Of a stretch of DNA of 55,099 bases, positions 25,289 through 38,999 are shown piece by piece (the stretch's first letter is position 1; the number at the start of each line of letters is the position of its first letter). Made by a program: the position numbers and the translations under genes. This stretch comes from Chiloscyllium plagiosum (taxonomy: Eukaryota). The DNA is taken from contig NC_057719.1 of the NCBI RefSeq assembly GCF_004010195.1, positions 5,065,311 through 5,120,409 on the forward strand, given 5' to 3'. Under the pieces are notes generated by a model. It made no database searches, was not told where the DNA came from, and saw nothing but the letters and a program-made list of their open reading frames with translations.

Positions 25289-25475
25289 GAGAAAGTGGGG
25301 ACTGCAGATGCTGGAGATCAGAGTCGAGAGTGTGGTGCTGGAAAAGCGCAGCAGGTCAGGCAGCATCCGAGGTGCAGGAGAATCGACATTTCAGGCATCA
25401 GCTCTTCATTTGGCTTATCCCCGAAATGTTGATTCTCCTGCTCCTCGGATGCTGCCTGACCTGCTGTGCTTTTCC
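25289..25475. mobile_element. Fold-back Penelope-derived insert; a non-fold-back copy lies at ~25888-26015
   Basis: Same family sequence as 24036-24244; imperfect flanking duplication cattcccaacacatgg / cattctccaaccacgtgg. Confidence 0.75.
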
Positions 25476-26134
25476 ATTCTCCAACCACGTGGAAAGCCCC
25501 AACCTTTATACAAACACTTGAGAGCCAATAAATACTTGGTGACGATTCTAGACTGCCAGGTCCTGTCAGTGCACAGCTATCTGAGTTATGTACCTTTGTA
25601 CAGCTTCCTCCTGTAAACACTGCACCTTTTTCCTCGCTGCTCCTTTGTCTGTCTGTTTGTCTTTCTCTCTTGCACCTGCTCCAATTACTGTCATTTCCCC
25701 ATCAGAATTTCCATGTTCACTTTCAGTTTTTGCTGTCTACCTTTCTATTGGCTGACTCTGTCTGGTTTGCTTCCTGTGTATCAATTTTCATTCCACCTCG
25801 CCCTCTACAACAGCCTCTCCAATCCTCTACTTAATCCCAGCATCTAAAGGAATCTGTCGGCCCCCTCCTCTCCTGGTATGTCTGCTGCTTCCTGATGAAG
25901 GGCTTATGCCCGAAATGTCGATTCTCCTGCTCCTCGGACACTGCCTGACCTGCTGTGCTTTTCCACTCCACCCCACTCTCGACTCTAATCTCCAGCATCT
26001 GCAATCCTCGTTTTCGCCCTGTTTCCAGGATGACCTCCTGTCTGAGATCTTTTTGTTCTTGCAGTACTTCCTCAGTATTGAGGAGGCATGAAGCTGGGGT
26101 CACAGCTTCCCATTCAGGGGCCCAATGGCAGATC

Positions 26135-26365
26135 AGGGGAATTCTCCCCAGTGCCTTGGGCTAATACCTATCCCATAATTTCATCTACTATAAATGTTAG
26201 TTATCTCCTTGATCAGTATGTCATTGCATTCTGTGGAGATTTACTTTGAAAAATTCGCTGCTGCAGGTTCCTACATGATCACAGCAACTGCACTTCGGAA
26301 TGTACCCCAGTGAACATTCTGAATCGAGAGGTGCTTCACAAATGCAGCTTCCTTCCTTTCTTCAA
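26135..26365 (+). mobile_element. DeuSINE-like (SacSINE1/AmnSINE-type) fragment; related pieces ~27250-27560 (+), 27700-27915 (-), 38755-38965 (+)
   Basis: Resembles the Deu domain and tail as I recall them (ttctccccagtg.c.tgg.c..ta..tatccc...ttcctacat...aaatgca..t..ttcttt; gagggagtgctgca.tgtc). Confidence 0.55.
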
Positions 26366-28470
26366 TACTGCATTTCTCAGCAGCAGAGCCGATCTGCCTG
26401 GTAACAGTAGCGAGTAGACTGTGTGTTGCTGAATCACATTCTTTCGCTCACTTGTCTGACCTTCCAGCTGCAATGAATACAGAAGACAGCTCATCTCTGT
26501 TTAAAAGTTTTTGTTTTACTTGTGATGCAATGCAGGTGTTAGGAATGAGCAATGTTGTGGGGATTCTCCGATAGGAGTCATGCTCCCAGTCTAACATTTC
26601 CCAGTGTGTTACATCATGAAGTGGATCCTCTCTCCAGTCTGTGGGTGAGATGACTGACCCAGGAATGAAGCACTTGACCTTCGAGTCTGAGAGTGGAGAA
26701 CTGGTCATGATCTAAGATCAGATTTAGTTCCACTGTTTTTAGATGAGCTTTAAGTCACAGAGATCTACATCACAGAACAAGCGCCATCAGCCAATCATGG
26801 TCATGCCAATCGGAAATAACCACCTAACTATTTAAATCCTGTTTTCCAGTACTTGGCCTTTGCCTTATACGCCTTAGGGTCCCGAGTGCACATCAAAATA
26901 CTCCCTCAATATAAGTGGGTTTCTGCCACTTACAGACAGTGAGTTTCAGATTCCCATCACCCTCCAGGTGAAGAAAATGTTTTTCCTCAAATCATTTGTA
27001 AACTTCCTGCCCCTCACCTTAAATCTGCACCCCTGGTCATTGATCTCTCCAGGCTACCCTGTCTATGCCCTCATAATTTTACTCCGTTTCAGAGAATGAT
27101 TGTAATGGTGGTTATCGGGGGTAGAATGTCAATGGATTTAAAATAATAATGGCTTTCCATTGTGCCTTGGATTCTCCCTCGATGTCTGGGTCAGGCTGAG
27201 AGTTCAGTAGCCAGTCCCTATTCACTTCAGTACACAGTGAGGGCCACGCTGAGGGAGTGCTGCAGTGTCAGAGTTCTGCTGACGCTGTTGGATGTTTTAA
27301 AAAAACACACAGGGCACAGAAGAGCTGGGATATTCTCCTGAGCGTCCCAGACAGTAGTGACACACCCACACTCCTCAAAATAGATAATTGCTTTAATATC
27401 ATGCAATATCACTGTTGTAAAGTGGCCAAGTTCTGCATGGGAACACACAGGCTGAAGCATACAGCTTGCTGAGATCTTGCTGTGTATGTGCTGACTGCCA
27501 TGTTCCTCCACATGACAAGTGACTACAATTCACAAATGCTATCAGGTCTGTGAAGCTCTCGGTAATGGGTAACTAGAAATTCCCGTTCTCTCTTGGCTTT
27601 TCCCCGATTGTTTTGTCCTGTCCTGGATAGAGTGGGAATGGAAGACAAACTAGAAATTGTCAAATGATGCAGCATCAGCTAGCTTGTGTCAAGCAAGTGG
27701 TGATGGGCAAGAAATGTTTTGTTTTGTTTCGATGTTGTTAATGGAGGGTTAAGCATTGGTCTCAGACAGCAGGGAGAGCCCTCACCCTTGTTCCAATCCC
27801 CATACAGTGCTGGGAGTGTTTACGTCCAGCTGAGGGAATGGGCAGGAGAGTCTCGAGTTGACAGTTCCCCTGAAGTACAGTCCCTCTGACAGTGCAGCAC
27901 TCCCTCAGTGCTGCTACTGGGAGGGCCATCCTGGATCATTCGTCTAGTGTGCAGCTCAAATCCACAGAAATGAGCACCTTACCTGCACACCTATGGCTTG
28001 GTGGGTCAGTACCAGGAAAGTAACAGCCACATCAGCTACCGAGTTATTGCTCCAGCCTCCCTGTATTCTGCCCGGAAACTGCAGTCTCACACCACACTGG
28101 CAGCAGCCACAGTCTTCAGGGTAACTGGAGCTGTGTTGTCAGCAGTGCCCACTTCCCAGGAATGATCTGAGAAAACCATTTCAAAAGGCACTTCAGTGCT
28201 TAGAATATTGTTACCAAATTCAGATACAGTTTGAGTCACCAAAGCAATTAAGAGGAAGCTAGATAACTAAATGACTAAGAAGGGACTAGTGAATTACAAC
28301 ACTGGATTTAGAATGGGGAAGATGAGAAGAGACCATAATGGTGCACGCACTGTTTGGGCTGAATAGCTTGTTCTTCGATTTTTTTTTAATTTTTTTTTCT
28401 TATTGCATAAATCACATGTAACCAATTTTGCTTCCAAACTGATGGATGGTGATGGTAAGTGAAAGCATTA

Positions 28471-28790
28471 GAGCAGCATGGTGGTTCAGTGGTTAGCACT
28501 GCTGCCTCACAGCGCCTGGGACCCAGGTTCAATCCCATCCTTGGGCAATTGTCTGTGTGGAGTTTGCACATTCTCGCTGTGTCTGCGTGGGTTTCCTCCG
28601 GGTGCTCCGGTTTCCTCCCATAATCCAAAGATGTGTAGGTTAGGGTGAATTGGCCGTGCTAAATTGCCCATAGTGTTAGGTGGATTAATCAGAGGAAAAT
28701 GGGTCTGCGTGGGTGACTCTTCGGAGGGTCGGTGAGGATTTGTTGGGCTGAAGCCTGTTTCCACACTGTAGGGAATCTAATCTAATCTAA
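28471..28790 (+). mobile_element. HE1-like V-SINE
   Basis: tRNA-derived head (A box tggttcagtggttagc, B box ggttcaatccc), V core gtgtggagtttgcacattctc...gggtttcctccgggtgctccggtttcctccca, (AATCT)n tail. Confidence 0.85.
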
Positions 28791-29380
28791 AGATCTGCTG
28801 GGAGCTGAAGATTTTGAGTTCAGTTCCTCTTTGCTGGAGAGAAGTGAACAACAACTTGTCTTTGGTTAGAATTATAGAATGATGTAGCACAAAAGTTTAT
28901 CCATTTGGTCTGTGTAATTGTTTATCCTCCTACTGTTTACCCAACACCACCTTTTAGGCGGTGTTATATTATCACAGGAACTCACTGCGGGAATTTATAT
29001 TTTATAATAAATCTTTATGTCCTACCTCTGGTTGTGTCAGCGACCACCGTATTTCCATACCTTGTCGTTACCAACCCTTCTGCTACTGTTTGTTTCTCAA
29101 AAATATTTAAGATCAAGTCAGAAGAGCCAATGATGTGGCTGCCTCCTGACTCCAGGCTTCCAGCTACTGTTCCCACTTCCCTCATGTACCCCAGAGTCTG
29201 TAGCCTTCAGCTCTGAAATTCTGATTTAAAACTAGTTATGCTCCAAACAGGTACCCAGGAACTCCCAGATGCTGCAGCATTGACGTATCATCTAATCTGC
29301 CATCCTTAATGAGTTTCAATTAATTACTTGTGTTTTAATACGTTTTATCATCCTTATACTTCAGAATAGAATTGACCTTA

Positions 29381-30214
29381 ATTATTTACCAGATTCTTAC
29401 CAAGCAGCCAATGCATTTCCCTGGAATAGAGCAAGGATGTATTGCTGCTGGTGGAGAAGCGTAGAATTTATTGTACACATCTTTACATCTTCTCTTCCCC
29501 TTCTCTGCTGGATGGAGAACAAACCCTGGCTTCTCCAATTCTGCCACATTGCTGGGGCCATTCCAGTAAACCTCTTGCAATCCTTTCTGAATTATGGTCT
29601 GCTCTCCTGCTGGGACCAAGCAAGTGTTCTATAAGTATCATGTGGAATTTGTCTCAATGCGTGGCAAGGATACGGTGTGGAAGGTTCATTTTCATTGAAG
29701 AGAGCAAACCTACATCCAGACCCTCAAACTGAGCTACACATCTTCTCAAAACTCACTAGCTTTCTTTCAAAGTTCAGTACACATGAGCCCCAAGGTGCAT
29801 CTTATTCCTGCGCCCCATGCAAAATGGCACCATTCCCACTTAATTTTCCAATGAAAATGAACCTTCCAGCTCAGCGAGCAAACCTACATCCCGAAAAGAA
29901 AGCTGTCTGAAAACCACACCGTAGCCTTGCCACGCATTAAGAGACAAATTCCACATGATACTTATAGAACACTTGCTTGGTCCCAGCAGGAGAGCAGACC
30001 ATAATTCAGAAAGGATAGCAAGAGGTTTACTGGAATGGCCCCAGCAATGTGGCAGAATTGGAGAAGCTAGGGTTTGTTCTCCATCCAGCAGAGAAGGGGA
30101 AGAGAAGATGTAAAGATGTGTACAATAAATTCTACGCTTCTCCACCAGCAGCAATACATTCTTGCTCTATTCCAGGGAAATGCATTAGCTGCTCGGTGAG
30201 AATCGGTAAGTGAT
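29381..30214. repeat. Inverted duplication: ~300 bp arms (29381-29680 / 29914-30214) with ~233 bp spacer
   Basis: Arms are near-identical reverse complements; ORFs 29442(+) and 29840(-) share an identical 71-aa translation. Confidence 0.95.
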
Positions 30215-31304
30215 TGTATTGAGTCTGTTCTGTTCCTGATACTGGAATGTGTCAAACAACCTCCTTGTTTGGTGGCCTCTCTCATTGTAAGTGTGTGGCC
30301 ACTGGTCAGATGGGAGGACAGGCCAAGGAAGGATGGCAGGTTTTCTTCCCTGAAGAGCTGTCTGTATCATCACCACTACACCAGTCTCTGGTGAAAGATG
30401 ATCTGTCCCACAGGCTGCTGAAGGGGAGAAGACTGAGTGAAAATCCACGGGTGCAGGAAATGGGCCAGACACAAACAAGATAGCAGGCGAGACAGCAGAA
30501 ACTGAAAGCAAACATGGAAATTCTACTGTTAAAGCTGCAGTCATTGGAACAGGTCCAAAAAGAGACAAAGAAATTATGGGAAATGGGTGATGTCTTTACA
30601 CAGAGCATACAAACGCATAAATGTGGGCTCACAAAGCACGTCAATATAAAAGAAAAACAGTAGTTCTAAAGACTCTGCAGGTCTGGTATCGACTTCAAGG
30701 TGAGAGTCACTGGACTCAACATTAACTCTGTTTCTCACCACATATGCTGCCAGGCCTGCAGACTTTCTCCAGCAATTTCCGTTTTTGTTTTGGATCTCCA
30801 ACATTTGCATGTCATTTGTATGCCAATTTGAAATGCTGGAACTGCTATCTACTCCACTGTTATTAACCTCTCGCTGGTGGCCAACAAAGTGACTGACTCC
30901 TTTACAGTACCGTGATCCTCTGTTACACTGTTACATTTCAGGCTTGGGCATTGCTTTGCGCCCTGAGGAATTTCTACACAATGATAACGTTTCTCTTGAA
31001 AATGTGTGACGTGGCTTAAGTTTGATCATCCACGTAATGCACAAAAATGGTCAAACTAAGATCTGTTAAATCCATGGTCGAGGTCATTCTAGGGAGCGTG
31101 TTAAATTATTTCTCATTGATTATTCTTGTAGAGGGAATGTTGGAGGAGGGGGACATGAGATTGGTAAGAGGGTGACCATTGAGGTTGAAGTGTTTGAAGG
31201 AAAGATGATATCACGGCAAAGGAAACAATTTCGGCCATGGCATCTGTGCTTTCACTTTCAAAGAGAAATCCAGTTAGTTCCATTCCTAGTCGTTCCCTTT
31301 CAGT

Positions 31305-32825
31305 GTTTATAGGATCATACAGCAAGGAAACAGACCCTTTGATCCAACAAATCCACGCCAACCAAGTTTCCCCAAACTAAACCAGTCCACATGTGCCTGT
31401 CCACACGTCCACCAGTTCAACCCGTACTCTGATAAATCTTTCCTATTCGTGTACCTGTCCAAATGTCTTTTAAATGTTATAACTGTACCTGCATCTACCA
31501 CTTCCCCTGGCAGTTGATCCCACATACAATCCACCGTCTATGTAAAAACGTTGCTCCTCTGGTTCCTTTTTAAATCTTTCTCCTCTCACCTGAAAATTAT
31601 TGCCTCCTAGTTTTGAAATCCCTCACCCTAGAGAAAGGACCTTTGCTGTTCACCACCTTATCTAAGCCCCTCATGAGTTTACAAACCTCTATAAAGTCAC
31701 ACCTCAGCCATCTATGCTCCAGTGAAAAACATCCCAGCTTTATCCAGCCTCTCCTTACAGCCAAACCCTCCAGTGCCAGCAACATCCTAAAATGTCTTCT
31801 GAACTCTCTCCAATTTAGTAATGTGCTTCCTATAGCAGGGTGCTCAGAACTGCATACAATACTCCAGAAGTGGCCTCACCAATATCCTGTACAACCTCAA
31901 CATGATATGCCAATTGCTATTCTCAAAAGTCTGAGCATTGAAGGCAAATGTGCTCAATGCCTCCTTAACCACCCTGTCTACCTGTGACACAACTTTCCAA
32001 AAACTGTATCTGAACCCTTGGGTGTCTCTTTGATGACACTACCCAGGGTCCTACCATTAACTGTGTAAGTCCTGTCTTTGATCATTTTATCACAATGTGA
32101 TACTTTGTATTTATCCAAATTAAACTCCACCTGCCACTCCTCAGCCCATTGCTCCAATTGATCAAGATCCCTTTGTAACCTCTAAATAACCTTCTTCACT
32201 GTCCACTCTCCCACCAATTTTGGTGCCACCCTCAAACTTATTAACCATGCCTCCTAAATTATCATCCATATTGTTTATACAAATGACAAACAACAATGGA
32301 CCCAGTATTGAACCCTGCGGAGCACCACTGGTCACAGGCCTCCAGTCTGAAAAACAACCCTCTCTCCCACTATCAACCCAACTTTATATCCAATTAACAA
32401 GCTCTCGCTGAATCCCATATGATCTAACTTTACTAAACAATTTACCATGTAGAACCTTGTGAAAGGTTTCACTAAAGTCCATGAAGACAATCATCAATCT
32501 TTTTGGTTATGTCCTCAAAAAATCCAATCAAGTTAGTGAGATGCGATTTCCAACACACAAAACCATGCTGACTATCCCTAATCAGTTCTTACCTCTCCAA
32601 ATGCATTCCTGATGAAGGGCTTATGCCTGAAATGTTGACTCTCCTGCTCCTCAGATGCTGCCTGACCTGCTGTGCTTTTCCAGCGCTGCGCTTCTCGACT
32701 CTCCAAATGCACGTAAATCCTATTGCTCAGAATCCCCTCCAACAGCTTACCCACCACTGATGTCAGACTCTATCGTTCCCAAGCTTCTCCTTACAGCCTT
32801 TCTGAAATAACATTAACTACCCTCC
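31305..32825 (-). mobile_element. CR1 LINE RT-to-tail fragment with nested Penelope-derived insert (32606-32698, TSD ctctccaaatgca)
   Basis: Minus-strand SGAPQGSILGPLLF motif, WDQLPGEVVDAG, tail gtatgatcctat. Confidence 0.9.
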
Positions 32826-33489
32826 ATGGGTAATTATTCAATTTTCTTTCGAAGGATATTCCTCTTTCTCCAGTTTCCCTAAACCTCTACCCACACAATA
32901 TCAGCCCCTGGAAATCATTCCTTGTTCTTTCGTAGGATTTGGATATTGCTTGCGGTTCCATCATTTGTTGCCCTTTTGGATGCAGTCATGGGATGTGGAC
33001 ATCACTGGCTGGCCAACATCTAGCGCCCTTGAACTGAGTGGCTTGATAGGCCCTTGCAGAGGGTAGGTGAGAGTCAGCCGTATTGCTCTGGGTCTGGGTA
33101 TACATGTAATACCCCTCCAAGGGATATTGGTGAACCCCAGAAAATGTTTCCATCAGTCAATAATGGTTTCGTGGCCATCAGTGAATTCTTAATTTCAGAT
33201 ATTTTTTTAAATTGAAATCAAATCCCCAGAACATTAGCTGAGTTCCTGGATTAACGGTCTCGTGATAAAACCACTAGGCCATTACCTCCCCTAGAATCCC
33301 AACCAACCTTGAACTGAGATGGTTGTTAAGGCCATTTCTGAGGGTCTTTAAAGGGGAGGGGAGAGTTGTCATCCTCACCTTGATTAACTTGCATGTGATT
33401 CCAGACACACAGCGATGTGGTTGATGTTTAACTGCATGAGGAATGAGAATAGAGGAAAAGAGAAGTCTTCTGGAGCCTCTTGGAGTAGC

Positions 33490-34570
33490 AGTAAGGAAAA
33501 GGAACAAGAATAGGCCATTCAGCCCCTCGAGCCTGCTCCACCATTCAGTCGGATAGTGGTTGATCCAAAACTCCTCACTATAAGACCACGCCAATAGATG
33601 AAATGCTGAGAGCATCAGATACAGGAGTCAGTCATTCAGGTGATCAACCCTGCTCCACATTTCAGAACAGTCATGCCCTTCCTCCTCCCTCGAGTGCACA
33701 GTTCAGTGCTGAAACCATATTCCTTGATTCTTTTAGTGTCTACCTGGAAGGCAGTCGACAACTGAGCATCCACAGCTCTCTGTGATTGAGAATTCCAAAG
33801 GCACTCAACTCTCGAGGTGGAGAAATTTCTCCCTGCTTTATTTCTAGATGGTCATTCTCTAATTCTGAACTCTAACCACCCTGTCAGAAACGAACCTGTC
33901 AATTCCTTAAAAATTGTGTATGTTTCAAATAAATCGCTTCTTATTCTTCTGAACAGCAAGGCAAATAGGCTTAGTGTACATAATCTCTCATAAAACAATC
34001 TCTCCATTCCAGGGATTAGACCTTTTGTTGTATTCCTAGAAGGCAGGTATATCCTTCCTTCGGTAAGGAGGCCAGAGCTGCTCAGAGTACAGCAATGTAT
34101 GGTCTCATCAACACTCTGTACAGTTGTGGTAAGGCCTCTTTACCCTCATGCTCCAATCTAATTGTAAAGTGCAATCTTTTGTAATAAAAATGTACCGTTT
34201 GCTTTCCTAATCACTTGCATATTAATTTTGACCTCCACGAGCTGCTTTGAAAAATGTCCTAAACCTGCCTCTCTCCACACCCGTGTCACCACTTCCTTTC
34301 CTACCTAACTTTGTTTTGTTGGAAAACTTGTTTGTATTACACACAGTTGTCTCATAAACATTATTAATATAAATCATAAATAGCTGAGGACCAAGCCCTT
34401 GCAGAGAGCTTCAAGTTTTGGCTTGCGAAGGCAAATGTTAACTATTTAATCTCTGTCCATTAACTAATACTAGCGAATACAATGCTCCCAATCTGATGAA
34501 CCAGCTCTGATGTGGCACTGTTTTGAACCCTTTTGGAAACTCAAGTAAACTGCTCCACTAACTCCTATGT
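33490..34570 (-). mobile_element. Heavily decayed CR1 fragment(s)
   Basis: CR1 tail motif aggccattcagcccctcgagcctgctcc and degenerate ORF2 end. Confidence 0.6.
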
Positions 34571-36220
34571 CAGTTCTGCTAGTTACAATTCAAACCACGT
34601 ACATGATCCTGAGGGGTCTGGACAGGATCGTTGTGGAAAGGATGTTTCCACTTACAAGAGAATCTAGCACAAGGGATCACTGTTCAAAAATTATAGTTCA
34701 CTTATTTAAGACAGATTTTTCTCTCAAAGGTGATTCTTTGAAATCCTCAAAAGTCAGTGTAAGCAGAGCCTTTGAATATGTTTAGAGCAGAGGTGGATAG
34801 ACCTCAATAAGTGAAAATGATTAAAGGTTATCTATGATAGGCGAGTATGTGGAGTAATCAGATCATGTTGGAAGATGAAACAGGGACAAGGAGCTGAATA
34901 ATTTTTTTTGTCTGGGTGTATCTTCAAATTAAATTGTCAGGCATGGTTTCCCTTTCTGAAATCCTGAAACATTTCCAGATACCCCTTTTCATCTCTAGTT
35001 AGTGAAGGTACCTCTATATATTGGTTATAAGACACCCTTTTGAGAACCTCCGTTTAAAAATTGTGACAGCATGAGAGCTCTTGATTGCTAATCCCACTTA
35101 TCCATGAGACAGACACCTTAGACCGAGAGCTGTGAACAACTTACCAAGTTAGTCACTTTCCCATCTATTAGTGCTATTCACCAGTAAAACATTGCTGTTG
35201 AGATACCTGGTGACAGTTCCAGAATCTTAACTTGGACAGGCTGTGAGAGGCAACATCGTTGTATACTCTGTTTCTGTAAATACTTCACCTGCTTCTCTTT
35301 ACTACTTTGTCTCATGCACATCTGATCTATTTTCAATTTGTTTCTGGGATTTGGGTATTGCTAGCTAGGCCAGTAGTACCTGTTGCTCATCCCTAACTGT
35401 CCAGAGGGCTGTTAAGAATCACCCACATCGTTCTGGGTCTGGAGTCACGTGTAGATCAGACTGGATAAGGATGGCAGATTCCCTTGCTTAAAGGATGTTA
35501 GTGAACCAAACCGGTCTTACGACAATCCAAAATGGTTACAGGGTAGCCATTGGACTAGCTTTTTATTCATTGTCATTGTTGACTGCACCTTTCACCATCT
35601 GCCACAGTGGGATTTGAACCCCCATGTCCACAGAACATTAGCCTGGAGTTCTGGATTGCTGGCCCAGTGACGTTACCATCTCCTGTACTTGTTTTCTATT
35701 TCTGCTCTCTAGCTTTTCTATTAGCAGAGCCTGGGCTATGTCTGACGTTTCCTCGGCGGATCATCTTCGTTGTGAATTTGCAACAGAAGTAGGTCCCTGT
35801 CGCGCCTGCTCTTCCACTCCATCGGCACACGCTGACCTGTTTGTCTTTCAAATTCCACATTCCTATCCATCCTCGGTAACCTTTGATTTCCCTGCCACAA
35901 GAATCCATCGAGCTCAGTCTTTAAAAAAAAAAAGTATTGAATGACCCTGTCTCCACTGCCTTTTGTGGCAGAAGCTTGTAAGGTCCTGCAGTACTGTGAG
36001 AGAAAAACATGTGTCCGAATCATTTTTTTGTAAGGGTGACCCTTAGAATTAAAACAATGCCTCCATTATTGGACTCACTCAGAAGAGGAAATATCCATTC
36101 CTTGTCCACCTTGCCAAGATCATTCAGGAGCTTATTAACTTCCATCAAGTTGCTCCTAATTCTTCTCATGCCAACATGTCCACCTACCCTCTTGATAACT
36201 AGACTGAGTGGACTGTTTTA

Positions 36221-36530
36221 ACGGTGGCTCAGTGGTTTGCACTGCTGTCTCACAGCACCAGGAACCCAGGTTTGATTCTAACCCCCACCCCCACTGTGTT
36301 TGTGTGGGTTTCCTCCCAGTGCTGCAGTTTCCTTCCAGAGATGTGCAGGTTAGATAGATTGGCCATGCTAAATTGCCCATCGTGTCTAGGGATGTGCAGA
36401 CTAGGCGAATTAGTCTTGGGAAATGCAGGGTTACTGGGATGGGGTGGGTCTGGATGGAATGCTCATTGGAGGGGTAGTGTGGACTTGATAGGCCGAATGG
36501 CTTTGTTTTTATACTGTAGGGATTCTGTGA
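36221..36530 (+). mobile_element. HE1-like V-SINE (older copy)
   Basis: Head ggtggctcagtggtt.gcactgctg, V core, ggccatgctaaattgccc. Confidence 0.8.
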
Positions 36531-36619
36531 TCCAGTGCAATTACTGCACATTCTTCCTTAATGAAGCAGACCGAAATTGTACAGTGTTCAAGAAGCCTTC
36601 TAGCTCTTGATCTGTTTTT

Positions 36620-36972
36620 ACCTCAGAGGTTTATAAAATCACGAGGAGGCATGGATAGGGTGAATTAGACAAGGTCTTTGCCTCAGGGTAGGGAAACCAA
36701 AACTGGAGGGCATAGGTTTAAGGTGAGAGGGGAAAGATTTAAGAGACCTAAGGAGCAACTTTTTCACACAGAGAGTGGTGCATATATAGAAGGAAGTGGT
36801 GGAGGCTGGTATAATTAGAACACTTAAAAGGCATCTGGATGGGCATATGAATAGGAAGGGTTTAGAGGGTTATGGGCTAAGTGCTGAAAATGGGACTAGA
36901 TCAATTTAGGATATCTGGTCAGCACTGACAAGTTGGACCAATGGGTTTGTTTCCATGCTGTATGACTCTATA
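36620..36972 (+). mobile_element. CR1 LINE 3' end
   Basis: Same subfamily tail as 12910-13455 and 15920-16560. Confidence 0.8.
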
Positions 36973-37140
36973 TAGCTCTGTGATCTCACCAATCCCCTGT
37001 ATAATTGAAGCATAACATCCTTCCTTTTATGTGAAATTTTCTTCATAGTAATAGTTCAACTGACAGTGATGATCGTGGCATTGAGTTAATGTCACCAACC
37101 TAATGAACCAGAGTGTCTAGGCTAATGCTTTGGGAAAAAC

Positions 37141-38225
37141 TAGGTAAAAACAATGACTGCAGATGCTGGAAACCAGATTCTGGATTAGTGGTGCTGGAAG
37201 AGCACAGCAGTTCAGGCAGCATCCAAGGAGCACCGAAATCGACGTTTCGGTAAAAGCCCTTCATCAGGAACAAAGGCAGTGAGCCTGAAGCGTGGAGAGA
37301 TAAGCTAGAGGAGGGTGGGGGTGGGGAGAAAGTAGCATAGAGTACAATGGGTGAGTGGGGGAGGGGATGAAGGTGATAGGTCAGGGAGGAGAGGGTGGAG
37401 TGGATAGGTGGAAAAGGAGANNNNNNNNNNNNNNNNNNNNNNNNNNNNNNNNNNNNNNNNNNNNNNNNNNNNNNNNNNNNNNNNNNNNNNNNNNNNNNNN
37501 NNNNNNNNNNNNNNNNNNNNNNNNNNNNNNNNNNNNNNNNNNNNNNNNNNNNNNNNNNNNNNNNNNNNNNNNNNNNNNNNNNNNNNNNNNNNNNNNNNNN
37601 NNNNNNNNNNNNNNNNNNNNNNNNNNNNNNNNNNNNNNNNNNNNNNNNNNNNNNNNNNNNNNNNNNNNNNNNNNNNNNNNNNNNNNNNNNNNNNNNNNNN
37701 NNNNNNNNNNNNNNNNNNNNNNNNNNNNNNNNNNNNNNNNNNNNNNNNNNNNNNNNNNNNNNNNNNNNNNNNNNNNNNNNNNNNNNNNNNNNNNNNNNNN
37801 NNNNNNNNNNNNNNNNNNNNNNNNNNNNNNNNNNNNNNNNNNNNNNNNNNNNNNNNNNNNNNNNNNNNNNNNNNNNNNNNNNNNNNNNNNNNNNNNNNNN
37901 NNNNNNNNNNNNNNNNNNNNNNNNNNNNNNNNNNNNNNNNNNNNNNNTAGGGGCGTTCTGTTCTTGTTACGGTTGGAGGGGTGGGGTCTGAGGGCGGAGG
38001 TGCGGGATGTGGATGAGATGCGTTGGAGGGCATCTTTAACCACGTGGGAAGGGAAATTGTGGTCTCTAAAGAAGGAGGCCATCTGGTGTGTTCTGTGGTG
38101 GAACTGGTCCTCCTGGGAGCAGATACAGCGGAGGCGGAGGTATTAGGAATACGGGATGGCATTTTTGCAGGAGGTAGGGTGGGAAGAGGTGTAATGCAGG
38201 TAGCTGTGGGAGTCGGTGGGTTTGT
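37141..38225 (-). mobile_element. Penelope-like element, 5'-truncated, with internal gap
   Basis: Minus-strand MASFFRDHNFPSHVVKDALQRISS (RT to GIY-YIG linker) and the same terminal region as 1-136; it interrupts a SINE (head ~37070-37135, remainder from ~38250). Confidence 0.8.
37421..37947. other. Assembly gap (N run)
   Basis: Run of N. Confidence 1.
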
Positions 38226-38999
38226 CATTTTTGCAAGAGGTAGGGAATATGGGTTCAATCCCACTGTGTGATACCTTGTAGAATTTAAATCCAAATGATT
38301 AAAATCCTGAATTAAAAGCTAGTCACAATAAAGGTGGCCTTTTGGTTCCCTCGTGCCCCTTAGGGAAGGAAATCTGCCATTCTTACCCAGTCTGGTCAGT
38401 GTGGGACCCCAGACCCCAGAATGTGGTTGACTCTTAACTGCCCTCAGAAAATAGCTGAGCTACTCCATTGTATGAAAACAGTTACCGTTGTCAGATGGAG
38501 TGCAGTAGTTCAGCAAGCAGCCCACTACCACCTTTCCAAAGGCAATTAGGAATGGGCAGCAAGGATTTGCAAAGCCAATGATATCTGTGTCCTTTAACAT
38601 AATTTTATTTTTAAAAGTTTTATCCTCTCATCAAAAAGAAGTTTCCCCTTCCTTCATTCCTTGCCAATTTATTATGTTCTGCTTTGAGGAGGCATGAACC
38701 TGAGTTTCCATCTTCCCCCTTCAGGGGCTTGTAAAAGACCCAATGACACATCGGGGCAATTCTCCCCAGTGTCTTGGGCCTGTACTTATCCCTCAACTGA
38801 CATCACAAAAGATGAGATTATCTCCTGGGTTGTTGCATGCTGCGGGGATTCACTGTCTGCAAAATTGGGTGCTGTGGTTTTCTACATGAGAACACCAACT
38901 GCATTTTGGAACGTCACCAAGATCAGGAAAGGTGCTACACAAATGCAACTGTCTTCTTTCCTTCAACCTCGACCACTGTGTATCTTGTCAGCAGAACCC

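Noticed and set aside
28471..28545. tRNA-like sequences with A/B boxes (also 39245-39315, 51197-51270)
   Set aside because: These are SINE heads continuous with V-core and tail, not tRNA genes.
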